A stretch of DNA of 24,000 nt from positions 2,820 through 26,819 of the forward strand of contig CAZXLZ010000012.1 in NCBI GenBank assembly GCA_964642045.1, read 5' to 3'. The DNA is from an uncultured Clostridiaceae bacterium. Its GTDB lineage: Bacteria; Bacillota; Clostridia; TANB77; CAG-465. The position numbers and the translations under genes are program-made. This document shows positions 7,960 through 15,047 of this stretch, one piece after another (within the stretch, counting starts at the first letter, position 1; each line of letters starts with the position of its first letter). Under the pieces are notes generated by a model. It searched no databases, had not been told where the DNA came from, and was given only the letters and a program-made list of their open reading frames with translations.

Positions 7960-8015
7960 TATGTTTTCCTTTCTGCAAATTTGCTTTAATTTAAGATATT
8001 GCTATGATTGGCAAG

Positions 8016-8044
8016 ATTATATCATACTTTAAGCTAAATATCAA
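8016..8044 (-). promoter_or_regulatory. Sigma-A-type promoter for the zinc-ribbon / small-protein / NTPase operon
   Basis: On the minus strand: TTGATA (8044..8039), a 17-nt spacer, then TGa-TATAAT (8021..8016). It lies about 55 nt upstream of ATG 7959. Confidence 0.6.
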
Positions 8045-8074
8045 TTTAAACAGGTAGAAAAACATGGTTAATAA

Positions 8075-8554
8075 TTAATTTCTTTCGTATTCTTCTAAGG
8101 CTTCACCCAATATATTACCAAATTTTGTTAAGTAATTTTTAGTATGATCAGTCATGTTATCTGGCAATTTATCTATACCAAACCACTGAAGTTTTTTAGA
8201 CTCATTATCATTAATTTTTAAACTTCCACTATATTTCTTTACAACAATTATAGCTGTAATATCATAAAGCTCATCACCATTTGGATACTTCCTATATGTT
8301 TCTTTACCTGATAGAACTCTTGTTATTTTAGATGATATCATATCAAGATTAGTTTCTTCTTTTAATTCTCTTTGAGCAGTTTCTTCAAAACTCTCTCCAA
8401 GTTCCATGGATCCACCAGGAAATCCCCATTTGTTATAATCTGTACGAAGCTGCATAAGAACTTCTTTTTTTTCATTAAAAACAATTATACCTACTCCAGC
8501 AGTTAGAATTGGACTATGTCCAACATATTTTCTTAAATCACTAATATAACTCAT
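8075..8554 (-). CDS. Nudix hydrolase
   Basis: Nudix box GGSMELGESFEETAQRELKEETNL (Gx5Ex7REUxEExGU). I prefer the ATG at 8554 (MSYISDLRKY...) because AGGAAG lies 8 nt upstream. The ORF-track start at 8563 is a GTG inside that RBS. Confidence 0.85.
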   Translation of the reverse strand: MSYISDLRKYVGHSPILTAGVGIIVFNEKKEVLMQLRTDYNKWGFPGGSMELGESFEETAQRELKEETNLDMISSKITRVLSGKETYRKYPNGDELYDITAIIVVKKYSGSLKINDNESKKLQWFGIDKLPDNMTDHTKNYLTKFGNILGEALEEYERN

Positions 8555-8621
8555 AATTATCACTTCCTATAATAGTTATTATACAATAATTATTATGAAA
8601 TTTAAAGTTTAGAAATAAAAC

Positions 8622-8650
8622 TTTACAAGTATGAATAATTTTGGTATAAT
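8622..8650 (+). promoter_or_regulatory. Candidate sigma-A promoter upstream of the 90-aa ORF
   Basis: TTTACA (8622..8627), a 17-nt spacer, then TGg-TATAAT (8645..8650). This implies a leader of about 160 nt before ATG 8817. Confidence 0.45.
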
Positions 8651-8816
8651 ACTTATGTTTATTATATATATGTTATATTTGAATGTTAATATGTTGTATG
8701 CTTTTTACTAGTATAGTAGTGATAAAATTTATTAAATTTAATGGAGGAGGTAAAATAAATACTCATTATACATAAGGTACGCTCTTAAAAATTTACATCA
8801 AGAAAGGATAAAAATT

Positions 8817-9089
8817 ATGGAAAAAACTATAAGTAAAACTGTTAACTTTGATAATGCAAAAGCTAAAGTAACTCTTCCAAAAGGTGCAAGAAATATAAGA
8901 CTTAGCGTGAAAAATTTTGTAATTTATATTTATGCAGACTGTGATGAAAATGAAACGGATGAGGAAAGCTACTCGCTTTACTCTTTTGATAGAAAGCAGG
9001 ACTCTGCTAAAGAAGAAGGACTTATTTTCTTAAAAGAAATTTATCACCTTGCTGTCGGATATATTTATTTCTACTACAAGAAAGATTAA
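8817..9089 (+). CDS. Hypothetical protein (90 aa)
   Basis: RBS AGAAAGGATAAAAATTATG. The ORF is followed by a clean terminator. I recognise no family motif. Confidence 0.5.
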   Translation: MEKTISKTVNFDNAKAKVTLPKGARNIRLSVKNFVIYIYADCDENETDEESYSLYSFDRKQDSAKEEGLIFLKEIYHLAVGYIYFYYKKD

Positions 9090-9096
9090 TTAAAAT

Positions 9097-9131
9097 AAAA
9101 CATTGGCAAAATAATTTATTGCCAATGTTTT
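9097..9131. terminator. Bidirectional hairpin terminator
   Basis: AAAACATTGGCAA (9097..9109) pairs with TTGCCAATGTTTT (9119..9131) around a 9-nt loop, between convergent genes. Confidence 0.7.
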
Positions 9132-9136
9132 GCTTT

Positions 9137-9622
9137 TTAAACTATAAAACCTCCAGTGCAATAGAGTACGTAGATTACAGCTCCATTTTTATAAATTTTC
9201 TCTTGACCATAAAAACGGTTAAGCTCACCCTCAGCCCAAAACTTATATGTATACTCTCCATTTACAAACTCTAAAGGACCTCTAACAGGGAGAGCTAAGT
9301 CATCTTCGCCGACTTTCATAAGTGCAGGTCTTAAAATCTTATCGATTGCTTCTTCATTAAAATCGTCATCTACTGCTGTTCCGTAGTAGCTCATGCTCCA
9401 TATAGGTGCATACGAAAGCTTTGCATCATATACAATTTCTTGACCTGCAAAGCTTTTTCCGCCAACGTATGTATCATGGTAAAGCAGACCCTCTTCTAAA
9501 TCTTCAAATTCGTAATCTTTTGAGTTCAACCTAGAAGATAAAACTTTCTTTCCATTTTTCTCATCTGCATAAGTAGATTTTTTAGCAGTGATTAAGAAGT
9601 CTTTTAATCTTTCGATATCCAT
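9137..9622 (-). CDS. DUF5680 domain-containing protein
   Basis: The pattern 'AKKSTYA...YHDTYVGGKSFAGQE...PIWSMSYYG...LPVRGP...NGEYTYK...GELNRFYGQEKIY.NG..IY...C.GG' matches my recollection of DUF5680. That domain is often found C-terminal in XRE-family regulators; here it stands alone. RBS: TTGGAGGATTAATTATG. Confidence 0.6.
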   Translation of the reverse strand: MDIERLKDFLITAKKSTYADEKNGKKVLSSRLNSKDYEFEDLEEGLLYHDTYVGGKSFAGQEIVYDAKLSYAPIWSMSYYGTAVDDDFNEEAIDKILRPALMKVGEDDLALPVRGPLEFVNGEYTYKFWAEGELNRFYGQEKIYKNGAVIYVLYCTGGFIV

Positions 9623-9732
9623 AATTAATCCTCCAAATGTTAATTATATATTTTGTGTCTAATAAAAATTTATTATATTATATCAGATTAGCTATATAAT
9701 GTCAACTAGATTACATAAATAAAAATTTGCAT

Positions 9733-9761
9733 TTGACATAGAAATTTTTTTAGAGTATAAT
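9733..9761 (+). promoter_or_regulatory. Consensus sigma-A promoter of rnj
   Basis: TTGACA (9733..9738), an exactly 17-nt spacer, then TATAAT (9756..9761). The leader to ATG 9887 is about 120 nt. Confidence 0.7.
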
Positions 9762-9886
9762 AATTAAGTCTTTTGAGTGCTAAGGTACTTATAGTTGTGT
9801 TCGGGTTTTTATTATCACTTTGAGTGATTAAAGTAATTTTTATTGTTTTCATATCTATATTAGTATTATAGATAGGAGAAAAAAGT

Positions 9887-11842
9887 ATGGAAGAAAAAAT
9901 TAATAGTAGCAAAGAGAATGCTACAAATAGAAAAAATAATGTAAGAGAAAATAAATATAATTCAAAGAAAAAAAATATACAAAGTAGTGCAAATAGTACT
10001 ACTTCAGGAAAAGAACATTTTGCAAAAAATAAAAATAGAAAAGTAGAGAATATAAAAAATAAAAAAAATAGTAGCGAATTTCAATTTAAAAGAGTTGATC
10101 AAGCTCGTGAAAACAAAAGATATGAAAACAATAAAAAAATAAAAAGTTCAAGTAGTAATAGTAAATTAAAGATTATACCACTTGGTGGAATGAATGAGAT
10201 AGGAAAAAATATAACTGTATTTGAATATGAAAATGATATAGTTGTTATTGATTGTGGTGTTGCTTTCCCAGATGATGAAATGCTTGGGGTTGATTTAGTA
10301 ATACCAGATATGTCTTATTTAGAGAAAAACAAAGATAAAATAAGAGCACTTTTAATAACTCATGGACATGAGGATCATATAGGTTCAATACCATATTTCT
10401 TGAAGAAGTTTAATGTTCCAATATATGGTACAAAACTTACGCTTGGACTTATAAGGGCAAAGCTTATAGAACATAAATTAGATAAAACGGCAGATTTTAG
10501 ACTAGTTGAGCCAAGAGATATTGTTGTAATTGGAAAAATGAAATTTGAGTTCATACGTGTAACTCATTCAATAGCTGATTCTTGTGCAATAGCAATTACT
10601 ACTCCTGAAGGAGTAATAGTGCATACTGGTGATTTTAAGGTCGATTACACTCCAATAGACAATGGTTATATTGATCTTGCAAGGTTTGCAGAACTTGGAA
10701 GTGAAGGCGTTACACTTCTTATGAGCGATAGCACAAACATTGAAAGACCAGGTCATACAATGTCTGAAAGAAAAGTTGGCGCAGAATTTGATAGGCTTTT
10801 TATGAATTGCACAAAAAGGATAATAGTTGCAACATTTGCTTCAAACATACATAGAATGCAGCAAATTATAAATTCAGCTGTAAAATATAAAAGAAAAGTT
10901 GCTGTATGTGGAAGAAGTATGTTAAATGTAATAAAAGTAGGATCTGAGCTTGGATATATAACAGCACCAGAAGGGACATTAATTGATATAGACAAGATAG
11001 ATATATATAATCCAGAGCAACTTGTAATTATAACTACAGGTTCTCAAGGTGAGCCAATGGCAGCACTTTCTCGTATGTCTGCTGGAGAGCATAAAAAAGT
11101 AACAATTACAGCAGATGACTTTATAATATTTTCATCTTCACCAATACCTGGTAATGAAAAATCAGTATCAAGACTTATAGATGAACTAGAGAAGTTAGGT
11201 GCAGAGGTAATATATAACCAGCTTGCAGATGTACACGTTTCAGGGCATGCATGTCAGGAAGAACTTAAACTTATGCTTAGTTTAATAAGACCAAAATATT
11301 TTATGCCTGTTCATGGAGAATATAGATTTTTAAAACATCACGGTGAACTTGGTGTAAGTGTTGGTGTTGAAAAAGATAATATTGTCATAATGGAAAATGG
11401 TAGAGTGCTTGAAATGAAAGATGGCAAAGTAAATAAAGCATCTCAGGTTCAATCTGGTATTGTTTTAGTTGATGGTCTAGGAGTAGGAGATGTTGGTAAT
11501 ATAGTAATTAGAGATAGACAAATGCTTTCTGAAAATGGAATGATAATTGTTATAATTACTTTAGATAGAAAAACGTCAAATATTGTGGCTGGTCCCGAAA
11601 TAGTAACACGTGGATTTGTTTATGTAAGAGAAAATGAGCAGCTTATGGATGAAATAAAAACAGTTGCAAGAGAAGAACTAGAACTTTGTATAAAAAATAA
11701 ACAGTTAGAATGGTCTACTATAAAATCTAATGTAAGAGATTCAGTTACCGAGTATGTATATAGAAAGACAAAAAGAGAGCCAATGATACTTCCTATAATA
11801 TCAGAAGTAGATATTGATAGTTATATCAAATCAAATAGCTAA
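9887..11842 (+). CDS. rnj: Ribonuclease J (beta-CASP metallo-beta-lactamase RNase) with a ~95-aa Lys/Asn/Ser-rich N-terminal extension
   Basis: 'KLKIIPLGGMNEIGKN', 'HGHEDHIG', 'SDSTN', 'HVSGHA', 'PVHGEYR' and the C-terminal domain are typical of RNase J. RBS: TAGGAGAAAAAAGTATG. No alternative start codon lies between 9887 and the conserved core. Confidence 0.95.
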   Translation: MEEKINSSKENATNRKNNVRENKYNSKKKNIQSSANSTTSGKEHFAKNKNRKVENIKNKKNSSEFQFKRVDQARENKRYENNKKIKSSSSNSKLKIIPLGGMNEIGKNITVFEYENDIVVIDCGVAFPDDEMLGVDLVIPDMSYLEKNKDKIRALLITHGHEDHIGSIPYFLKKFNVPIYGTKLTLGLIRAKLIEHKLDKTADFRLVEPRDIVVIGKMKFEFIRVTHSIADSCAIAITTPEGVIVHTGDFKVDYTPIDNGYIDLARFAELGSEGVTLLMSDSTNIERPGHTMSERKVGAEFDRLFMNCTKRIIVATFASNIHRMQQIINSAVKYKRKVAVCGRSMLNVIKVGSELGYITAPEGTLIDIDKIDIYNPEQLVIITTGSQGEPMAALSRMSAGEHKKVTITADDFIIFSSSPIPGNEKSVSRLIDELEKLGAEVIYNQLADVHVSGHACQEELKLMLSLIRPKYFMPVHGEYRFLKHHGELGVSVGVEKDNIVIMENGRVLEMKDGKVNKASQVQSGIVLVDGLGVGDVGNIVIRDRQMLSENGMIIVIITLDRKTSNIVAGPEIVTRGFVYVRENEQLMDEIKTVAREELELCIKNKQLEWSTIKSNVRDSVTEYVYRKTKREPMILPIISEVDIDSYIKSNS

Positions 11843-11857
11843 TATAATTAATAAAGT

Positions 11858-11887
11858 ATGTCATATAGAAAAAACTCTATATGATAT
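11858..11887 (+). terminator. Rho-independent terminator of rnj
   Basis: ATGTCATATAG (11858..11868) pairs with CTATATGATAT (11877..11887), including one G-U pair. The loop is 8 nt and ATTTTATTTT follows. Confidence 0.65.
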
Positions 11888-11971
11888 ATTTTATTTTAAA
11901 TAAATGTTGAAAAGATAACATAATATGTGGTATAATATAATTACACTAAATTTTTTATTGGAGGTATTATT

Positions 11972-12157
11972 ATGCTTCAAGCACTTGTAGGATTTTTTTC
12001 GGCAGTAGGCGTAAGCTTAGGCTGGCCAGCAACAATTGTTATTCTTATGATAATGTTTGGTGCTGCTTCTACTAAGAAATTGAAGTATAAAATTACGGAA
12101 GTAGAAAAAGAGGACGGAAAAAAAGAATATAATGTATATAAATATGATGATAAATAA
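11972..12157 (+). CDS. Small membrane protein (61 aa): one TM helix and a charged C-terminal tail
   Basis: RBS TTGGAGGTATTATTATG. Upstream promoter TTGAAA (11907..11912), 18-nt spacer, TGg-TATAAT (11931..11936). Hydrophobic N-terminus LVGFFSAVGVSLGWPATIVILMIMFGAA. A terminator follows. Confidence 0.6.
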   Translation: MLQALVGFFSAVGVSLGWPATIVILMIMFGAASTKKLKYKITEVEKEDGKKEYNVYKYDDK

Positions 12158-12163
12158 AATTTT

Positions 12164-12193
12164 AAATGCATAGCAGATTTTTGCTATGCATTT
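12164..12193. terminator. Bidirectional hairpin terminator
   Basis: AAATGCATAGCA (12164..12175) pairs with TGCTATGCATTT (12182..12193) around a 6-nt loop. Confidence 0.7.
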
Positions 12194-12544
12194 TTATGCC
12201 CTATTTGGCATCATGGAGGAAATTACCCCATATATTGCTGCTGCAATAAAACTAGATATGAGGGATATAGTATATCCAGCTATGAAAAACTGGGACATAT
12301 ATATAAATATACTAGCAGAGGTAAAGCCTACTATTCCTCTGCCTAAAGGAATATCGTGTATTCCTGTTACAACTGACATAAAGTAATCTAAACATATTAT
12401 AAATAAGCTAGATAAAACAAGCATAGGAAAAGAGGATATATTAAAATTTGGTGTAAAAAATACTGTTAATGTAAATACTGAAACTGCTACCAGTAATTTT
12501 ATACTAAATTCTTTTAATCTTAAAAAATCTATATTTTCTTTCAT
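12194..12544 (-). CDS. Integral membrane protein (about 4 TM segments), family not recognised
   Basis: RBS AAGAGGTTGAAATTATG. Hydrophobic segments run throughout. The overlapping + strand ORF 12186..12386 lacks an RBS and is judged spurious. Confidence 0.6.
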   Translation of the reverse strand: MKENIDFLRLKEFSIKLLVAVSVFTLTVFFTPNFNISSFPMLVLSSLFIICLDYFMSVVTGIHDIPLGRGIVGFTSASIFIYMSQFFIAGYTISLISSFIAAAIYGVISSMMPNRA

Positions 12545-12615
12545 AATTTCAACCTCTTTTTATATTGTTTGTATAAGTTTAAAAAATATGCAGAAAATAC
12601 GTTTAGGTGATAAAA

Positions 12616-13257
12616 ATGTTAGTTGTTTTTTTTAGAGCTTTAATTTTATATATAGTTGTGTTTTTAGTTATAAGAATAATGGGAAAGAGGGAACTTTCAA
12701 AAATTCAGCCATTTGAGCTTGTAATTTTGATACTTGTAGCAGATCTTGCTTCTTCTCCGATGTCATCAAGAGGTATAAGTATATTTGATGGTATAGTCCC
12801 TATATTTACACTTCTTTCTTGTTATATAATAATTACATTTTTTAATAAAACAAGTACAAAATTTCAAGAAGGATTATGTGGAAAAAATGTAGTAATTATA
12901 CAGGACGGAAAGCTTTTAGAAAAAGAATTTAGAGAGCAGGAGTATACAGTGTCTGATATAATGTCTCAGCTAAGAGATAAAGATGTTTTTAAAATACAAG
13001 ATGTAAAATATGGAATATTAGAAACTAATGGAATATTAAACGTAATAACTATGGATAAACAGGAAAATGGTTTGCCACTTAATATTATAGAAGATGCAAA
13101 GATAAATTATATAAATATGAATTTACTTAACTTAACAGAAAAATCGGTAAATGATTTACTTAAACAAAAGAAGCTTAAGATGAAAGATGTGCTTCTAGGT
13201 ACAATAGATGAAAGGGGAGATTTTATCTATCAGCTTAAAGAGGAGGCAAATAAATGA
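12616..13257 (+). CDS. DUF421 (YetF-like) membrane protein
   Basis: 'IRIMGKRELSKIQPFELVILILVADLA' and the C-terminal soluble domain are typical of DUF421/YetF. I prefer ATG 12616 (AGGTGA 5 nt upstream) over the ORF-track GTG 12607. Confidence 0.75.
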   Translation: MLVVFFRALILYIVVFLVIRIMGKRELSKIQPFELVILILVADLASSPMSSRGISIFDGIVPIFTLLSCYIIITFFNKTSTKFQEGLCGKNVVIIQDGKLLEKEFREQEYTVSDIMSQLRDKDVFKIQDVKYGILETNGILNVITMDKQENGLPLNIIEDAKINYINMNLLNLTEKSVNDLLKQKKLKMKDVLLGTIDERGDFIYQLKEEANK

Positions 13258-13634
13258 AGGATTTTATAGTATTATTAGTTATTCTTATGTGTATAATAGG
13301 CATGGGAATGTGGCAGGTTTCATACCTTGGTGAAAGTAGTAATTATATAAAAACAGATTTAGCATATATTGACTATTACATAAATTTAGAAAAATACAAA
13401 GAGGCTGAACAAGAAATAAAAAGAGTAGAAAATACATGGGATAGTATAAAAGATACATGGGGACTTTTTATTCATCATGAAGATATTGAATATATAGAAA
13501 TTGCAATAGATCAGATAAAATCATATATAAAAGATGAAGCTAAAGAAGATGCAAGAGCAGAAATTGCAGGACTTATTTCAAATATAGACTATACTGTTGA
13601 ATGTGAAAAAATAAAACTCGAAAACATATTCTAA
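13254..13634 (+). CDS. DUF4363 family protein
   Basis: ATGA start/stop overlap with the DUF421 gene. RBS AGAGGAGG. One N-terminal TM helix and the 'W..I...W....H.E.D.I' pattern. DUF421-DUF4363 pairs are common in Clostridia. Confidence 0.65.
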   Translation: MKDFIVLLVILMCIIGMGMWQVSYLGESSNYIKTDLAYIDYYINLEKYKEAEQEIKRVENTWDSIKDTWGLFIHHEDIEYIEIAIDQIKSYIKDEAKEDARAEIAGLISNIDYTVECEKIKLENIF

Positions 13635-13638
13635 AAAT

Positions 13639-13667
13639 TTGAATAATATATACATTTATGTTATAAT
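13639..13667 (+). promoter_or_regulatory. ssrA promoter
   Basis: TTGAAT (13639..13644), a 17-nt spacer, then TGt-TATAAT (13662..13667). The -10 element ends 10 nt before the tmRNA 5' GGGGG. Confidence 0.7.
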
Positions 13668-13677
13668 GTATATATAC

Positions 13678-14043
13678 GGGGGCGTAAGGTTTCGACGGCT
13701 ATTTTGATACATGAATTGCAAGTAGTGGATGGTTGCTTTGGCCACTATAAAAAAGCAAGTTAAATTTAAACGCAGATAATAGAGAATTTGCACTTGCTGC
13801 TTAATTTTTTTAAGCAGCTTGCTACTTAGAGTTTGCTAGAGGCTCTTTTTGTAGCATCATTTATCTAGCTAACAAGTTAAAGTCTTTGGTTACTGGATTT
13901 TAATGGTATTTTTAGTAACTAAACTAGAGCATGTTTTGGTGCACATTAGATTGCTTTAGTTTTATTTTAAATGTGTACTAAACTTGTAGATATTCATGAG
14001 GATGAATTTTCGGACGCGAGTTCAACTCTCGCCGCCTCCACCA
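13678..14043 (+). ncRNA. ssrA: tmRNA (transfer-messenger RNA, SsrA)
   Basis: The 5' GGGGGCGTAAGGTTTCGACGG and the 3' GGACGCGAGTTCAACTCTCGCCGCCTCCACCA form a tRNA-Ala-like acceptor and T-arm. This includes the G3:U wobble and a CCA end. The internal tag frame is GCA GAT AAT AGA GAA TTT GCA CTT GCT GCT TAA (13772..13804). It gives (A)DNREFALAA; the exact resume codon is uncertain. Confidence 0.95.
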
Positions 14044-14051
14044 AATTTTAA

Positions 14052-14077
14052 CCTTGATATTTTTTGTAATCTCAAGG
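14052..14077 (+). terminator. Possible ssrA terminator hairpin (weak U-tract)
   Basis: CCTTGA (14052..14057) pairs with TCAAGG (14072..14077), and two more pairs form after a single mismatch. It is followed by CTTT. Confidence 0.35.
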
Positions 14078-14350
14078 CTTTGTCAATATTTCTAAAAAAA
14101 GATGAAGTCTTGATTTTATGTCTAGTAGAATAGATTTGAATATTTTTATATCTCTGCATGGCTTTTTAGTTTTACACTTTTTTTATAAATCTTGTTTATA
14201 ACTTTTTCATTGAAGAAACCTTTTTATAATATACCAATATATTATTTTATATACAATCTTCATATTTTATTTTCTATATTTCTATTCTATCATCAAGAAA
14301 TTAAATATATAATAAAAATAATATAATATTAGTATGGTCAGGAGAGAAAA

Positions 14351-14719
14351 ATGAATAAAAAGATAGGAAAAATTACTAAAAAAGTGATAGAAACATTAGA
14401 ATTAGATATAGAAGAAGATACACCAATTTTTATAAGTGAAAGAAACATAGAACATATAAAAAATAAACATTATAAAGATTATGAAAAATATTTTAATCAA
14501 ATTTGCAATATTATTGAAAATCCAACTTATGTTGCAAGGCATCCTGATAAAACTTCAATAGAGTACATAAAACAATACATCCTTAATAATGAATATGTTC
14601 TAGTTGCAGTTAGGGTAAGTAGTAATAATGTAAATTTTGCTAGAACAATGTTTGTTATGACAGAAAAGAAAGTTGAAATTTACAAAAATATGCGGATATT
14701 TCAAAAAAATATAATTTGA
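14351..14719 (+). CDS. Putative PBECR-like (Barnase/EndoU/ColicinE5-D/RelE-fold) nuclease-domain protein; possible toxin
   Basis: RBS CAGGAGAGAAAAATG. The 122-aa pattern 'ISERNIEHIKNKHYKDYEKYF..I..IIENPTYV..HPDKTSIEYIK.....EYVLVAVRV......FARTMFVM' resembles small Firmicute PBECR-family proteins as I recall them. The call is from memory only. Confidence 0.4.
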   Translation: MNKKIGKITKKVIETLELDIEEDTPIFISERNIEHIKNKHYKDYEKYFNQICNIIENPTYVARHPDKTSIEYIKQYILNNEYVLVAVRVSSNNVNFARTMFVMTEKKVEIYKNMRIFQKNII

Positions 14720-14744
14720 CAAATAAAAAAATGTATGCTATAAT
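14716..14744 (+). promoter_or_regulatory. Consensus sigma-A promoter driving the structured-RNA candidate
   Basis: TTGACA (14716..14721, overlapping the TGA stop of the upstream gene), an exactly 17-nt spacer, then TGc-TATAAT (14739..14744). Confidence 0.65.
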
Positions 14745-14750
14745 TAAGCT

Positions 14751-14890
14751 AAGCATAATATATTAATAGAAAGCTCTGAGGTCGGAACAGGCAGCCGACA
14801 CCCACGTAAGTGTTAGGAGATGTAGAAAGGTCAATCTACCTAGCTTTCTGACTATAAGTGGGAATAGATGTAAAAGTCTATTCTCTTTTT
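14751..14890 (+). ncRNA. Candidate structured small RNA or riboswitch-like leader; family not recognised
   Basis: Hand count gives 40/80 G+C for 14771..14850, well above the AT-rich flanks. An 8-bp closing helix joins AGAAAGCT (14768..14775) to AGCTTTCT (14842..14849). It encloses three hairpins: GTCGG/CCGAC (14781..14799), CAC-GTAA-GTG (14803..14812, a GNRA loop) and GTAGA/TCTAC (14822..14839). A terminator follows: GAATAGA (14862..14868) / TCTATTC (14877..14883) plus CTTTTT. Confidence 0.55.
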
Positions 14891-15047
14891 GTATGTAAAA
14901 TGGAGGAAATTTTATAATACTGATTTTACATATAATATGATAATCAGTTATGCTTTAAATATTTATAATACAGTAATGTTTATATTTTTACATTTTAAAC
15001 ATTTTGTAAAAATCAAAATATATGTTAAAATTATAACGGTGATAAAA

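Noticed and set aside
8741-8758. A strong SD-like GGAGGAGG and a 5-codon mini-ORF (ATGGAGGAGGTAAAATAA) inside the putative leader of the 90-aa gene.
   Set aside because: No usable start codon lies at the proper distance downstream of the SD, and the mini-ORF has no RBS of its own. This is insufficient to call a leader peptide or riboswitch.
9706-9912. A 68-aa minus-strand ORF across the rnj promoter and leader.
   Set aside because: It overlaps a consensus promoter and the rnj start, has no RBS, and translates to low-complexity sequence.
9900-10170. A-rich runs and near-repeats in the 5' part of rnj, considered as a tandem repeat or slippage tract.
   Set aside because: They reflect Lys/Asn codon bias (AAA/AAT) in the low-complexity extension. 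I could not discern a fixed repeat unit.
14118-14201. A 27-aa hydrophobic mini-ORF (MSSRIDLNIFISLHGFLVLHFFYKSCL) in the spacer after ssrA, considered as a possible type I toxin.
   Set aside because: I could not identify a Shine-Dalgarno sequence, promoter or antisense RNA signature. Short hydrophobic ORFs arise by chance in T-rich DNA.
14776-14800. Within the structured-RNA candidate, GGTC-GGAA-CAGGCAGCC looked like the SRP RNA helix-8 motif. CTGAGG...CCGAC looked like a hammerhead core.
   Set aside because: The flanking sequence does not reproduce the SRP symmetric and asymmetric loops or its length. The hammerhead CUGAUGA...GAAA core is not present.
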